The notes under the pieces are model-generated. The model saw only the letters and a list, made by a program, of their open reading frames with translations, was not told where the DNA came from and made no database searches. This document shows positions 50,574 through 63,281 of a stretch of DNA of 64,000 nt, piece after piece. Position 1 is the stretch's first letter, and each line of letters opens with the position of its first letter. The position numbers were made by a program, and so were the translations under genes. Source of the stretch: Octopus sinensis (Eukaryota); NCBI RefSeq assembly GCF_006345805.1, contig NW_021832852.1:30952-94951 (forward strand), written 5' to 3'.

Positions 50574-52330
50574 TCCGAACCTGACGGGAAGTTTCGCTTG
50601 GGTCCAACCGATTTCGTCAAAGGAAATGTTCAGAACTGCTTCCGTGCAGGATTTCAGTGATTTTTCCAAGTAAGTCAGAATGTCTGGATGCGAGTAGCAT
50701 GGCAGGCAGCGGAGCGTGTACAGAAGTTTCGGCATATGTATACTGTTTTTCATGAGGAAGAAAGCGATGTGCGAGTCCAACTCCAAGAGACTGCTTGTGA
50801 GGTTACGGAATTCCATGTCCTTCTTCGCCAGATGGGCCTTTAGGCCAGATGGGCTTAGAGGACATCCGAGAAAGGTTGCTTCTGATGGCTGGGTTATCTG
50901 TGCACCAGTGATGAAGCCTTGGATTATCGTATTGACATTCGGAAAATCCGCCTCTGGGTAGTTGAGGTTTAGGAGTTCCGATTTATCCACGTTGACTTCT
51001 AGTCCAAGGTTGCGCAGAGAAGGGATTAGGCGGGATAGGTCCTCGGTGATGGATTCCACAGAGCCGCCAATGGTGGCGTCGTCCAGGTACCATAAATTGA
51101 ATGGTGAGAGGATTCATCTTACAGCCTCGTCGATTGCTAAGGCGAATAGTAATGGTCCAAGAGGGTCGCTTGTTGGACTCCTGTCCGAGAACGGATGACT
51201 TTATCCCCAAAGATAAGTGAGGTGTCTTCCCCGTACGAGAGGAAGACAAGCTGGGAAATCTCCGGAGCCCTCTCGACGCATACCTCCATTATACGGTCCC
51301 TCCTGACGCTGTTGAAGGCATTACGCAAATCGAGTTTAACAGCCACGTGACAATGGAATAGGGCGTCCTTTGAAAGAAAGAGAGTTCGGGCCGCGTGTAC
51401 GGCAGCTTCACAGCCGTTCGGGATCCTGACTCCCAGTTGAAGTGGAGCTAGTTCGGCGCTGAGGCTTAGACTGACGTGTCGTGCGGCAGCTTTAGCGGCA
51501 AGCCGGCGGAACAGGTTGCCAACAGCGATCGGACGAATACCGCCGTCCTTTTTTTCTGAATGCCAGTAGATGAGACGAGAAAAGTAGCTTCGTAGCAAAA
51601 TTCGGGATGTTCCCGCTCAACAACCGGTTTATAAGTGTGGTGATGGCAGTGAGTAGAGTTTGGCCTGCCTCGGCTGTCGTTTGAGAAATAAGGTCTTTTA
51701 GGTGCCCTGGGCGTAGTCCGTCTAGGCCCCCACAGCTGCTTTTCCCGAAAGATTGAATTGAGCGTTTGATTTCCTCGTTCGTCAGAGTTAGAACTGGAGT
51801 GTCTCTTGGGCGTTCAAGGGGTCGGAGGTCGACGGGAGGGTCTGGATGTTTGGTTTTCAGCTTGTCGAAAGCGTCGGGAGTTGGAAGTAAGACCGTGTCG
51901 TCGTTCATGACAGTGCGGATAGCAGCTCGGATGTCGCCTTCAGCCAGCTTGCTACTGACACGTTCGCTCAAGTTCCGCCCGGAATTGTAGTGCAGGTTGG
52001 GGTGCTTGTTGTCATTCTTCGTGGGTTGTGTGAAGGACAAGTTTGCGGGAGAAGTCTTTGATAGAGAGAAGATTTCGCTGATGTTCTGTTTGATTCGTGA
52101 GGAGAGAGGTTGTGGGGTTTTTTCAGTGCGAATTTGAGTCCCGAGGGTCAGAGGGGCAAAGCTGATGAAGCGGGTTCATGCTTCCCAAGTGTCCAACAGA
52201 AGCGTATCGTTGATAACAGTTGACAGGCACATGGCTGCTTGTATGCGGGCAGATTTAGGAATTTGGAGAGGGATTTTTAGAGACCGGCGGAAGCACGATA
52301 ATTCAACGAGGATAAAATAATCGAGTAATA
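50574..52330 (-). mobile_element. CRE-clade retrotransposon, 3'-truncated and frameshifted
   Basis: IPKSARIQAA, EGDIRAA, IRPIAVGNLFRR, KLDLRNAFNSV, GVQQ.DPLGPLLF, WYLDD and QAKLPVRFGG. Confidence 0.9.
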
Positions 52331-52499
52331 ACATGTTATAAAATAATCGAGTTGATGTGAGGAGAAATTTTTTTATTTATTTAAATTCTCAAGATTACAA
52401 ACATAATCCTTAGAATGACCATAAACTTCGCTTTCTCATAAAAGAACCGGTCTTACCAGATACGTTTTCAATTAAAGTTCTATTTTTCCGACACCTATA

Positions 52500-52800
52500 C
52501 CATTTCAAGTTTAAAGTGGGTTTTACTAAAAGTAAAGTAATACAAAAAATAATTATTGAGGTAGTAGACAATGCTCCATGCCATTCAGGAATTAAATAAA
52601 TTGTCAAAAAAGTAATTCATCGGATATTATTGCGTCCCTATAGTTTAAAGATTGCGTCCTATAGCCCTATTCTCAACCCAATTAAAAATATTTGGTCAGC
52701 ATTCAAAGCTGACATAAAAAGAAACATCTTAACAGACATCAAAGAAACATCGGTCTGTTGGTTTTTTCGTGACAAATATTATTAAGAAGTCTATTATCAA
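52500..52800 (+). pseudogene. Tc1/IS630-type (DDE_3) transposase remnant
   Basis: DNAPCH...YSPILNPIKNIWSAFKADIK. Confidence 0.7.
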
Positions 52801-52950
52801 AAAAGTCACATAGTTAGAATAAAAAATGCAACACCCGTTGGTTACAAAAAAGACTATTTTCAGTCATGAGATTAAATTTCACAAAACTGATATCAAAAAT
52901 CTAACATGACAAAATATTGTACAACATGAAAAATAAAAAAACATTTTTAG

Positions 52951-53369
52951 TCATTTTTTATCTTCGACCATAATAATGTGGTACCCAAACTGAGTCCTGA
53001 TTGGTGGATCCGTGAATATTGGGGAATCCACCTTACTTTTTGCAAGTCCGAATGCAGCCTCCTGGAACTCGAGGACCATCGACCCTTTCGCCATCCACCC
53101 CAAATCTCCCTACCATTCCACGTGTCACTTTACAACCCCGTGACGAGCTTTGTCCTCACTAAATTCCTCAGCAATTTTCCCAAAGTTTTCGCCTCCTTTT
53201 AGCCTAGTGAGGGCTTCGGCTATTTTTGTGTATTTTTCGCACAGAATGTGGCGAACCTTGACGATTTCAGGGATATTTAAACCTTCACGGAAGTAAACTT
53301 CTTTTCTTTTGGCTTATCCGAAGAGCTCGATGCATTTTTTAAAAGAACTTTGTTTTTGCCTTTTGCCAT
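52951..53369 (-). CDS. PIN4: Parvulin-type peptidyl-prolyl isomerase (Par14)
   Basis: VK|[16 protein letters not shown]|[36 protein letters not shown]. The N-terminus needs a one-base homopolymer correction. Confidence 0.93.
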
Positions 53370-53630
53370 GATTTTTATCACCTAAACGGAATGTGAAGTT
53401 GAATTTAAATTTAATTAAAAAATGTTTATTATTTATTAATAAATAAATTAAAATAGATAAATATTCATTAAAATCAAAAAAAAAATTAAAAAATTATATT
53501 TTTATTCAAAACTCATTAATAGAATAATTTTTTAAAATAAATAATTTAATTAATTTTATAAATAATTTATTTATTATAAATATTAATTTAGCAATAAAAT
53601 AATTAATTCATAAACATAATCGGGTTAAAG

Positions 53631-54463
53631 ATGGAATCTTACAAGTTAGAAGACAGCCTCGATACTCTCATTAAATCGAGCGACTCCTCTGATGAAACGG
53701 TAGAAAGATTTCCCCATATATTTTCCAGTGGTTCCGTAGTCGCTGTGCACTCGTCGAAGATTTGGAGTCACGGAAACAGTCTCGGCTGATCATCTGTCAC
53801 GGAAGTGCAATAGATTTGGACATTGCAACAATTTTTGAGTCCAAGAATGTCGTCGATTGTGAAATATTCGGATTCCCCGAACCAAGCAACAAATTTTCGA
53901 TTCTATTCCAAGACGGACGTCAAATTCACATGAAGGCTATGGACTCCAAGACATGTGTCCAGTGGTTTTATAATCTAATCCAAAACCAATTTTGTCCAAT
54001 TCCCTACGAAAATATCCCCGGTCCCCAACGCGAACAACTTCCCGAAGGCAACAATTCATTTTAGTCATATTTAGAAGAATATCCTGTCACTATCATCTCT
54101 TCGGAGATCACCGAACGTCTGAACTTATTGGGAAAATACATGTTGGTTATAAACAATAATTCGATTCTGCTCAAATCGTTTTCCCAGCCTACAGTAATCT
54201 ACAAATGGGACTTTACTAAAATAAGAAAGTATTTTATGAAGGGTGCGACTATTTTTGGGATCGAGGCGGGTTCAAAGTGTGGTCCCTGGTGTGGAAGCTT
54301 TAGTTTTAAATGCAGAAATTCGCAGTTATTGTCGACTTCTTTCAAATTGAGAATGAAAGAGTTTATTCTTCTTCAAAAAAAGAACAGGGAAACTCAGTTC
54401 AGATTTCATACTGAGTCGGTCACTAATGACGAAGTTGTTGAATACGCGAATGGAAATCTTTAG
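53631..54463 (+). CDS. DOK-family adaptor (PH plus IRS-type PTB)
   Basis: A PH-like segment ending CVQWFYNL, then YPVTII..GKYML..YKWDFTKIRKY..FGIEAGSKC..GSFSFKC (IRS/DOK PTB). Confidence 0.75.
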
Positions 54464-54852
54464 CTACTGACTATGCTTATTATTCGTTTTATGTCTTTTA
54501 ATCCCAAAATGTATTTTTTAAGGAATTTTGTTGGCAATCTTCGCACAGTCAAGTTAGGCTGATGAGCAGAAAATTGTAAATTGTTATTTTTGAGAATTAA
54601 TCTACTGCAGTTACATTTATTATTTTTCGGATTATTTTTGGAATTATAGAAAATGTGTGATTTATTAATCAATCTACTAAGTAAAGTCAACAAACTAATA
54701 AATTCTCCCAGCGAGACGGAGGGAACAGCTGTTGCCACGCATCCAATAATCCATTGTTGCTTCCCTTTCTCTTTTTTGTTTTTCTTTTCCTCTTTCTCTT
54801 TCTTCTATCTCACCAATAATCCATTTATTGCTAATTCTAATTTTCCATATCT

Positions 54853-57690
54853 ATGTCTGTCTGTTCTGTTTGCAATATCCGTAATAATCGGAAAAAGACC
54901 ATCCGTTGTGACCGTTGTTATGCCTTTTTCCATTTATCCTGCATCAAGCTTCTAAGAAATCTGCCTCTTCCCTTTCCCGATGGGTTTGCTCTGCTTGCTC
55001 TTCTTTCCCCCCGTCATATTCGCTCCTGCCATCTGTACCGGGTCCTCTGATTTTACTAATCCTATCCCTTCGCCGGACCCCTTCCTGCTTAATCCAGAGT
55101 CTGTCTTAAGACTCGCTCGTGATTACCGGGCGTCCTATCGTATTCCTATAAGAATTCCTCGTTCTGCCCGTTTTTCCGCGGCGAAGGCTCTGTCTGCTTT
55201 GATCGAGTCAGTCATTTGTGTTCAGTCCATTCCGAATTGGAACCGTTTGTTTTGCTTTGCCATATTTGCCCTGGGCTCCCCAGTTCAATGCTTGGGCTCG
55301 GTAAAATCCCTTTCCTCTTCCATCAAGGAAAATATTAATAAGTTCATGGAGGATTCCTTCATTCTGCCTCCTCTTCTGGGCAAGTCCCATGAACCAACTA
55401 CTCTTAAAGATAATCGTATTCGTTTACGCAAACGTGTCAATTCCTGCCTTATGGCGCATGATGTCGGCTCTGCGGTCCGTATTCTTTCGTCTTCCGATTC
55501 CGTCCGTTCGATAACCCCGGATGTCCTCAAAATTCTCAGCGCCAAGCACCCGGCTGGCGATGTCCCTGCCTTTTGTGCCCGGACCCCTGAGGAGGTCTCG
55601 ATCGCCTCTTCATCTGTCCAACAACTTTTGTTAGCTTTGAAATCTTTCAGGGGGAACTGTAGTGGTGGTGTTGACGGTCTCCGTCCCATTCACTTAATGG
55701 ACCTCATCTCCAATACTGCTGAGGCTGGAAACCGTCTTTCTCAATCCATTGCCAAGCTTTGTAACCTATTTCTCCGTGGGGACATATCCGAGCATGCCAG
55801 ACTGCTCTTCTTCTCTGCGAACCTGTCTGCTTTGGGGAAGAAAGACGGCGGCATCAGACCTATTGCCGTCGGGAACGTTTTTCGTCGCTTGTTTGCAAAG
55901 GTCGGATGCAAGCTTGTAATTCCTTCTATTAGCGACGAACTCCAGCCCATTCAGTTGGGTGTGGGGGTACCTGGTGGGTGCGAGGCCCCGGTCCACGCTG
56001 CCCGGTGTTTCATTGAATCGGCTCGTCTCTCAGAGCGGCCCCAGTTATTATTAAAATTGGATGTGAAGAACGCTTTCAATTCGCTCAATAGAAAGCATCT
56101 TCTTGAGGTTTGCAAGGCCAGAATTCCTTCTCTGCTGCCCTTCATTTTTCTTTCTTATGGTAACCCGACCCTCTTGGTTGCTGGCGATTCTTTCATTTCG
56201 TCTTCCTGTGGCGTACAGCAAGGCGATCCTTTGGGTCCTTTATTATTTGCCCTCTCGGTGGACTTTGTCGCCCGCAGGATTGCGTCCCCTCTTAATATTT
56301 GGTATTTGGACGACTGTACTATTGGTGGTCCGCCCGACATTTTGCTAAACGACTTGCAATCTCTACTCCCGGCGTTGTCATCTATTGGTCTTGAAATCAA
56401 TTCTCTAAAATCTGAAATCGTTAATCTTAACGTCGAAGACCTCACCTTCGAAGACCTTTTTGCCCAGTTTCGTGGCCTCTTGCCCGATCTGAGGCAGACC
56501 TCTTATTCTGAACTTGAAATCCTGGGTGCCCCGATCCACCACCAATCGGTCTCTCGTATTCTCGATTCCAAGAGAAATGCTCTTGCTTCTCTTTGTGATA
56601 AACTTGTGGACATCGATCCCCATCCCGCTTTTTTTATCCTCAAAAACTTTCTTTTGATTCCGAGGATCAATTATGTCCTAAGGAGTTCCTGTTGCTTTTC
56701 TGTTCCCTCTGCTTTGGAGTCTTTTGACGCTCTGGTGCGTTCTTCAGCCGAGATTATTTTTAACGTCAAGTTCGATGATGTCGGTTGGCGTCAGGCCAAA
56801 CTTCCTGTTCCTTTTGGTGGGCTTGGGCTCCGCTCGGCTCTCGACATTCTCTTCCCGCTTTCCTTTCATCGTCTTCAGGATTGTATCTTCTTGTCCATAA
56901 GATTCTTGAAAAATCGCCCGGATCTCGTTTGGACTCTGATATTAATTCTGCACTTTTGCTTTGGAAGGAAAAAGGGCTTGAGTTCCCTTCTGACAGGTCC
57001 CTCCAACGTGAATGGGATAAAATTCTTAGTAAGCATCATGCGGACTCGTTGGAGGCTCTCCTGAACCAGCACAGACTGGCTTGTTACCGTGCCAGCCGCC
57101 AACCGCATTCTGGCTCTTGGCTTAACTGCCTTCCTTCGACCCATTTGGACACCTGTCTTGACTCCGACGCCCTCCGTTTTGGCATTTGCCTCCGCCTCGG
57201 ACTTCCGATCTGTAGTCCCCACCCCTGCCGGTGCGGATCTACTATGGACGTATACGGGCTCCATGCCCTCTCCTGCAAGAAAAGCGCGGGTCGTATTCCA
57301 CGCCATTCGGCGATTAACAGAATCATTCTCGACTCACTCGAAAAGGCCGGCTACCCTTCTGTCCTTGAGCCTAAGGGTCTCGACCGTGGTGACGGGAAAA
57401 GGCCGGACGGCTCTACGTTGTTCTCGTTTTATTCTGGGAGACCTTTGGTCTGGGATTCCACTTGTGTGGATACCTTCTCAAAGTCTTTCATCAACGAATC
57501 GGCCTCTCTTGCTGGGTCTCGTGCTAATAAGGCTGAGCTTTCGAAGTGCCGGAAATATCAGTCTTTGATGGATGACTTTTGGTTTTGGCCAATCGTTGTC
57601 GAGACTTCCGGCGTCTTTGGCTCCGGGACCCTCACTTCCCTAAAGAAACTGGGACATCTTTGTTCTTCGCGGCCAAGGACCCTAGGGAAT
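54853..57690 (+). mobile_element. Near-full-length CRE-clade retrotransposon: PHD finger, RT, zinc knuckle and RLE; a few one-base frameshifts; 3' end missing
   Basis: C4HC3 PHD at 54859-55000, IRPIAVG, KLDVKNAFNS, GVQQGDPLGP, WYLDD, CRCG..HALSC, RH, GDGKRPDG..VWD and PIVVETSG. Confidence 0.92.
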
Positions 57691-57783
57691 TTACTTTCCT
57701 CATTTAGAAAATGTTATTTTGAAATAGAAGAACAGTCAATTTTGTTATGAAATATTTGTTCCAGGAAAAAATAATTTAATTAA

Positions 57784-59117
57784 TCAAATTTTTAAATTAT
57801 TATTTTGATATCCCATTTTATGCCATAAAATATTTTCGAGGACCGCAGTTTGAACTTTACTGCCACGCAAAGCCTTTTCTAAATTGCCAGAAGCCAATTT
57901 AATCCGGTTTAAGGGCACTGCCGGATTCAAAAAATACAAAAAATTACAGCTATCAGTCATTTGATTTCCCCTCTCCTCCATTTGTTGTTTTATAGTTCCA
58001 AGTTCAACATTAATCTACATTCGTTCAAAAAATGAACTTTTTGTAGATCCTCCAAGCTAGACTGGACACGTGCTTCTGTTTGCCTGCATTTGTCAGTCAC
58101 GTGGGCATGTTGGGCCTGTACCTCTCGAAATTCGGCCATCATCCCACTCAGTTCGTCGTTTAAATATTTATCACGTGATTTGATAAGAGAAAGACTTTTG
58201 TCTATTTCTGTACGAATGTGACTCAATTTGGCTGTCAGGGCGGGAAATGCCAAGTCTATGGCGGCCTGTGAGTCCTTCATTTGGCTTAATCGTGATCTCC
58301 AGTCCTTGAATCTCCCCCAAAGTCAGTACCTTGTCATTTGTTGCCACAGTGATTCTCAAATGAGGCAAAACTCGATTTACTTCAAGTTCCCACTGAATTT
58401 TGTCAGTTTTAGAGCTCAAAATTGACTTGACTGGGTCCTCAATATTGTAGCTTAAAGTAGATAAGACGTTTAAATTCATTCCTTCATCTTCCTCCTCTAA
58501 ATCAGTGCTTTGAGTGAGATCCTCTTCGTTCTCGGTGACTTGTTCATCATTGGATTCCTCGAAATAAGTTGGTCTTGAAAGGTCAGTCACATCCGCAAAC
58601 CTGTTCCACCGAAAGTTGGTGGTTTCAAGGGCCAATGAAGCCAGAAAGTTGAGCACGTGTGTACATTCAAGTCCCCATCCTGCTCTGAGGCGGTTTAGGG
58701 GGATTTCTTTATCAAATCCCTCAAAATGAAGTTATGCTTATACTAGTTGTTTTGAGAGCTCTAAAATGGTTTGGAGAAGAGTATTTGGGTCGTCAGACTA
58801 AAAAATGTACAAAAATACTACTTCGTTAGGATAGCTGATATTTTTTCCGCATTTATTGATTAGCCAGGCAGAAACTGAGACAAACATGAAAAATTGTTCT
58901 CCGCCGGGTTTTTGGGTTGCAAAATAATGTCTACGATATTTGCTTGGAGGTACCTCGTTATGGGCTGGTAGGAAAATTGGTTTTTGACAAGAAATTCTTT
59001 TTCATAGTCAAGGAGCTTGAGGATGTGGAAGATGTCGTCCATTAGGACAAACAGTTCGTATTCTATCTCATTTTTATTACTTTCCCTAATTTATAAATAT
59101 AGCATTAAAATGTACAT
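57784..59117 (-). CDS. IFT57: Intraflagellar transport protein 57
   Basis: MDDIFHILKLLDYEKEF, HYFA..PGGEQFFMF..AWLI, DDPN, WELEVNRVLPHLRIT..|DWRSRLSQM and IKSRDKYLN. Introns of 22-30 nt. Confidence 0.93.
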
Positions 59118-59771
59118 TTTGTTATTTCCTTGGTAATTAAAAAATTATTTTAATAATGATTTATTAAATATATTAATTAATTATATATTTAATTAAAATT
59201 GAGCTTTTAGAGTGGATAGGGGACTTCCCCTTTTTGTTCTCTTCTCCGAAAACCGAGTGTCCATAATTTGATAGGCCCTCGACCGTTATTGCCGACTATT
59301 CATTGACATTCCTGCTGGATATGTCCTCGAAATGTTTGGAAGTTTGTCGGAATTATATGACGACATGCAATTTATGGGTATTCTCTTTTATGAAATTATG
59401 GAAAATGTTGAACTTCACTTTACGGGAGACCTAATCCCTTGAAATTTTGTGAGAAAATATGCCTTCTGGATCCCAATAACTCAGTACGCAGATTGATGGT
59501 CGTCGACAATGCATTTGTCGCGCGGATAGCCATGACTATTTAAAAATACAACCGTAAAACTCAGTCAAGCAAGACAAACGGTCAATACAGTGTTAACTAC
59601 TCTGATTGGTAATGTCGCTGCTACATTTTCAGCAAATATGGTTATGAGCAAAGTCACTGGGGGAACTATAGATAGTCAGGTGGGGAGTGTCGTAGCATGT
59701 TTTATTAACTCTCTTTCATTAGATTTAATTGTGAAATACCAAACTACCACATAGAGGACCGTAAATGATTA

Positions 59772-60138
59772 TTATTAAGAGCACTTTCGAGAAAACATAA
59801 AGTTAATTAAGTCTCCCTTGTGCCGTGTTCTATAACATTCTCTCCGTTAATCTCGATCAGGATTTTTTGTTGCGCGCGATATCTTTGAGGTTGTCCAGGT
59901 CGTCCGTCGACTTCAGTCGCAGACCAACCATCGAGAGATCCTCATTTAGGATTGTCTGAAGCGTCGTTCTTGGTCTGCCACGGAATCCAGACTCCGTCTG
60001 CGCGAAGAAATAATCCATTGCAATCTTTGCTGGAACCAGGTCGTTTAAACGTAGGACATGACCAAAAAGGCTCTATCTCGATCTGAAGATATCGTCTGAC
60101 AGAACACCGGATTTGCATTTATTATAAAGGTTTTCTTT
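59772..60138 (-). mobile_element. Short 5'-truncated RTE-like insertion
   Basis: LFGHVLRL..AMDYF..RGRPRTTL..DDLDNL. 14-bp TSD with one mismatch, ACCGTA(A/C)ATGATTA, at 59758-59771 and 60139-60152. Confidence 0.82.
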
Positions 60139-60229
60139 ACCGTACATGATTACTGCTCAAGAACTCAAAAACACTGTTTGTGGACAGCAGACCTTTCACT
60201 GAATTGTGGAAAACCTTTACCTGAACCTT

Positions 60230-60830
60230 GCATTTTGCCACAACACTTCCCGATAGTCCTGTCCTTTCAGTCTAGTCTTTGCTTCCTTTATTTCATTCAA
60301 ACTTTGGTCGACATTTCGCACATGAACAAGACCATTTCCTTAAATTCAGAACCGGGTTGTCCTCCCTTCCAATAATCTATGTACAGACCAGCTGAATCTA
60401 AGCCCTGAAAAATGCATGACCACTCTATTCACGACGAACAAAAAAATATCCAATTTCGAAATCAATGTTATTTTGAACGGAACAAGAATTCCGCAGACAA
60501 AACGCATGAAATACTCGGTGCGATTTTTGACACCAAATTCTAATTCTCTAAGCACATTGACAATCTTACAACTAAACTATCAAAAATATTGAACTTTTTA
60601 AGGGCCTTTCTTGGTTCATGCACAGGAATACAACAACCCTGGTTCAACACCATATACAAACAATATGTCAAGCTCTCCATTGGTTATGCTTGTGGTACCT
60701 AGGGATCATATCTGACCCCAACAAATCTGGAAAAGATCTCAAACTTACCGCGGAAGGCTGCAAAGTCTATCTCCAGTTTCACTGAACAACTAATAAAACC
60801 AACTGTTTTCGAAACGCTTGTAAGGACGAC
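60230..60830 (+). mobile_element. Decayed Jockey/I-like LINE RT C-terminal fragment
   Basis: LNGTRIPQTKRMKY(L)GAIFDTKF*FSKHIDNL..YKQYVK..IGYA. Confidence 0.55.
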
Positions 60831-61666
60831 AAGTTCTGAGTTTTATTTTAAAACATGCTCGCAACAGCCCAATCAGAAGATGCGTCTGACCTTTGGCTGA
60901 ACACAGAGGGAAGATGTGTAAATTAATTGTGATTGTCGGGATCACCTAAAAATTTTGTTTCCTGGCCTCGACGGTGTTTTTGATTCAAAAAATAAATAAA
61001 AGTTTTTGTGAGACCTTATCCTACACGTGGGTTTTCTCGCTTATCGACTTTTGCACAAAATCAAATTTTCTTACGATTTCGACGCTGCTTTTGATTTTAT
61101 TTTTCCGGTTTAGAATTTCCTACTTTAAATTTCAGTTTCAAATTTCATTTCGTTTTTCTGTTTTCTCGTTGTAAGTCTGATTTTCTATTTTAAGTTTTTC
61201 AAAGTCAATTGTGTTCAATCTTTATATAATCTTCCTAGCGAATTTGTCTCAAAAATTGAAAATAAACAGAAGAACGAGATTCGACAAATACAATATGTAC
61301 TGGAAATTTTCTACCAAAATGGGCAACACATAAAAATTTCTGACATTTTACATTTAAAAAAATTTTAATAAACTCGGATTAAAATTACAAATTTGCGAAT
61401 CAATTTTCTAGAAGTCGTCAATTCTGACTTTTTCAAATCACAAGACCATAAAACTAACAAAATTGTTCAAAATATGTTTAATAATTTAAAAATGATCTGA
61501 ATTTAGTCTATCAATTAATCAAACATTTTTAATGATTAATTAGACCACAAATTTTAGCCACAATTTGTCAAGTAACTTCCGCCAATTAATTATTTATTAA
61601 ATTGGATTACGCAAAAAAAGCTAGTTTTTTGATATAAGGTTAAAGAAACTTAATTCTGATTTTTAG

Positions 61667-62101
<435 letters not shown>

Positions 62102-62844
62102 ATTTAGAATATTGTTCATATTTTCTACGTTATACCTAAAAATAAATCTTTATTATTTCAGTAGTTTTCCAAGTTAATTTTATGGAGCTGATCTTTAAAA
62201 TTATCATTTTTGGTACGTTTTTTTACATTTTTTACGAGTCGGACTAAACCGAGACCTCACGTTATGATTCCACAGCGAGTTTTCCCACAAACTAAATGTA
62301 AAATTGGTGTAAAACAATATATATGATTCACACAATAGTCCCACATCAAAAGTTTATAATTTGATGCCTCAAGCTTCACATTAGGATCAATGGTTATTCG
62401 ATTTTAGAAACTTATGCCTCTATTAAAAGTTTTTAAGCTCCAAACGTGCTTAGAAAGAAATTTTTTAATTTATTTGTGGTTTATCATGTTGCCTAGAACC
62501 AATAATTTTGTAATATAAAAACGATAAAAAATCAAGTAATTTTGGATAAAATGACCTTTAAAGTCGTTTATAGTGAATTTCCAAAATGTTCAGACTACAA
62601 AACTAAATTACACTAGAAAAATTCTCAATTGAAGATAACAAAATGACTAAATAAAATCCGGAGTCTCAACAAAATAAAGAGAAACATTTAAGATATGAAA
62701 AAGTAAAAAAGAGACTGTACTCGAATACTTTTCTAAAAGAAAGGGAGGCTCGCTTTCAAAAAATCAGAATTAATCAGGATAACCCTTATTTCGGACAACA
62801 GAGATCAAAGCTTGACCAGCACAATTCAAATGGATGTTTGAATT

Positions 62845-63281
62845 TTAATTTTTCCTTTAATAATCAAAGAATCTGTTATTTAGTATTTAATTAGCAGCAG
62901 AGGATAAGATGGAATGGCAATTCCCACGCAAGATGGCTATTGATATGCGTTGGAAAAGCCGTGTCCGTTCCCGATGATCATTTCTTCTTCTGCTTGCCAA
63001 ATCCCCCAGTTTAATAAGGAATTTTTTAGTTCTGGGACCGAGGACTCCCGATGTCTCCACTGCGATCGGGGCAAAGATATGGCGGTGAGATAATGCACTG
63101 TATTTCCTGATTTTTAGGTGCGGAGCCCGGTTCTGCGGCTGACGTAAAGATGTTTCCGGCAGAGAAGGTGTCCGTGTAAGTTGCGTCCCAGATGAGCGAC
63201 TTGCCATTTTCGAAGGGGAAAGTCGTTAGGCCGTCAGGACTTTTACCATTCTCCCGAATCAGGCCGACCGGTTCCAACTGT
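62845..63281 (-). mobile_element. 5'-truncated CRE-clade retrotransposon (RLE and C-terminus)
   Basis: LEPVGL..GKSPDG..LIWD.T..DT, PIAVETSG and LFQRISIAILRGN. Imperfect 16-18 bp TSD AATGG(G)A(A)TGTTTGAATT at 62829-62844 and 63282-63299. Confidence 0.85.
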
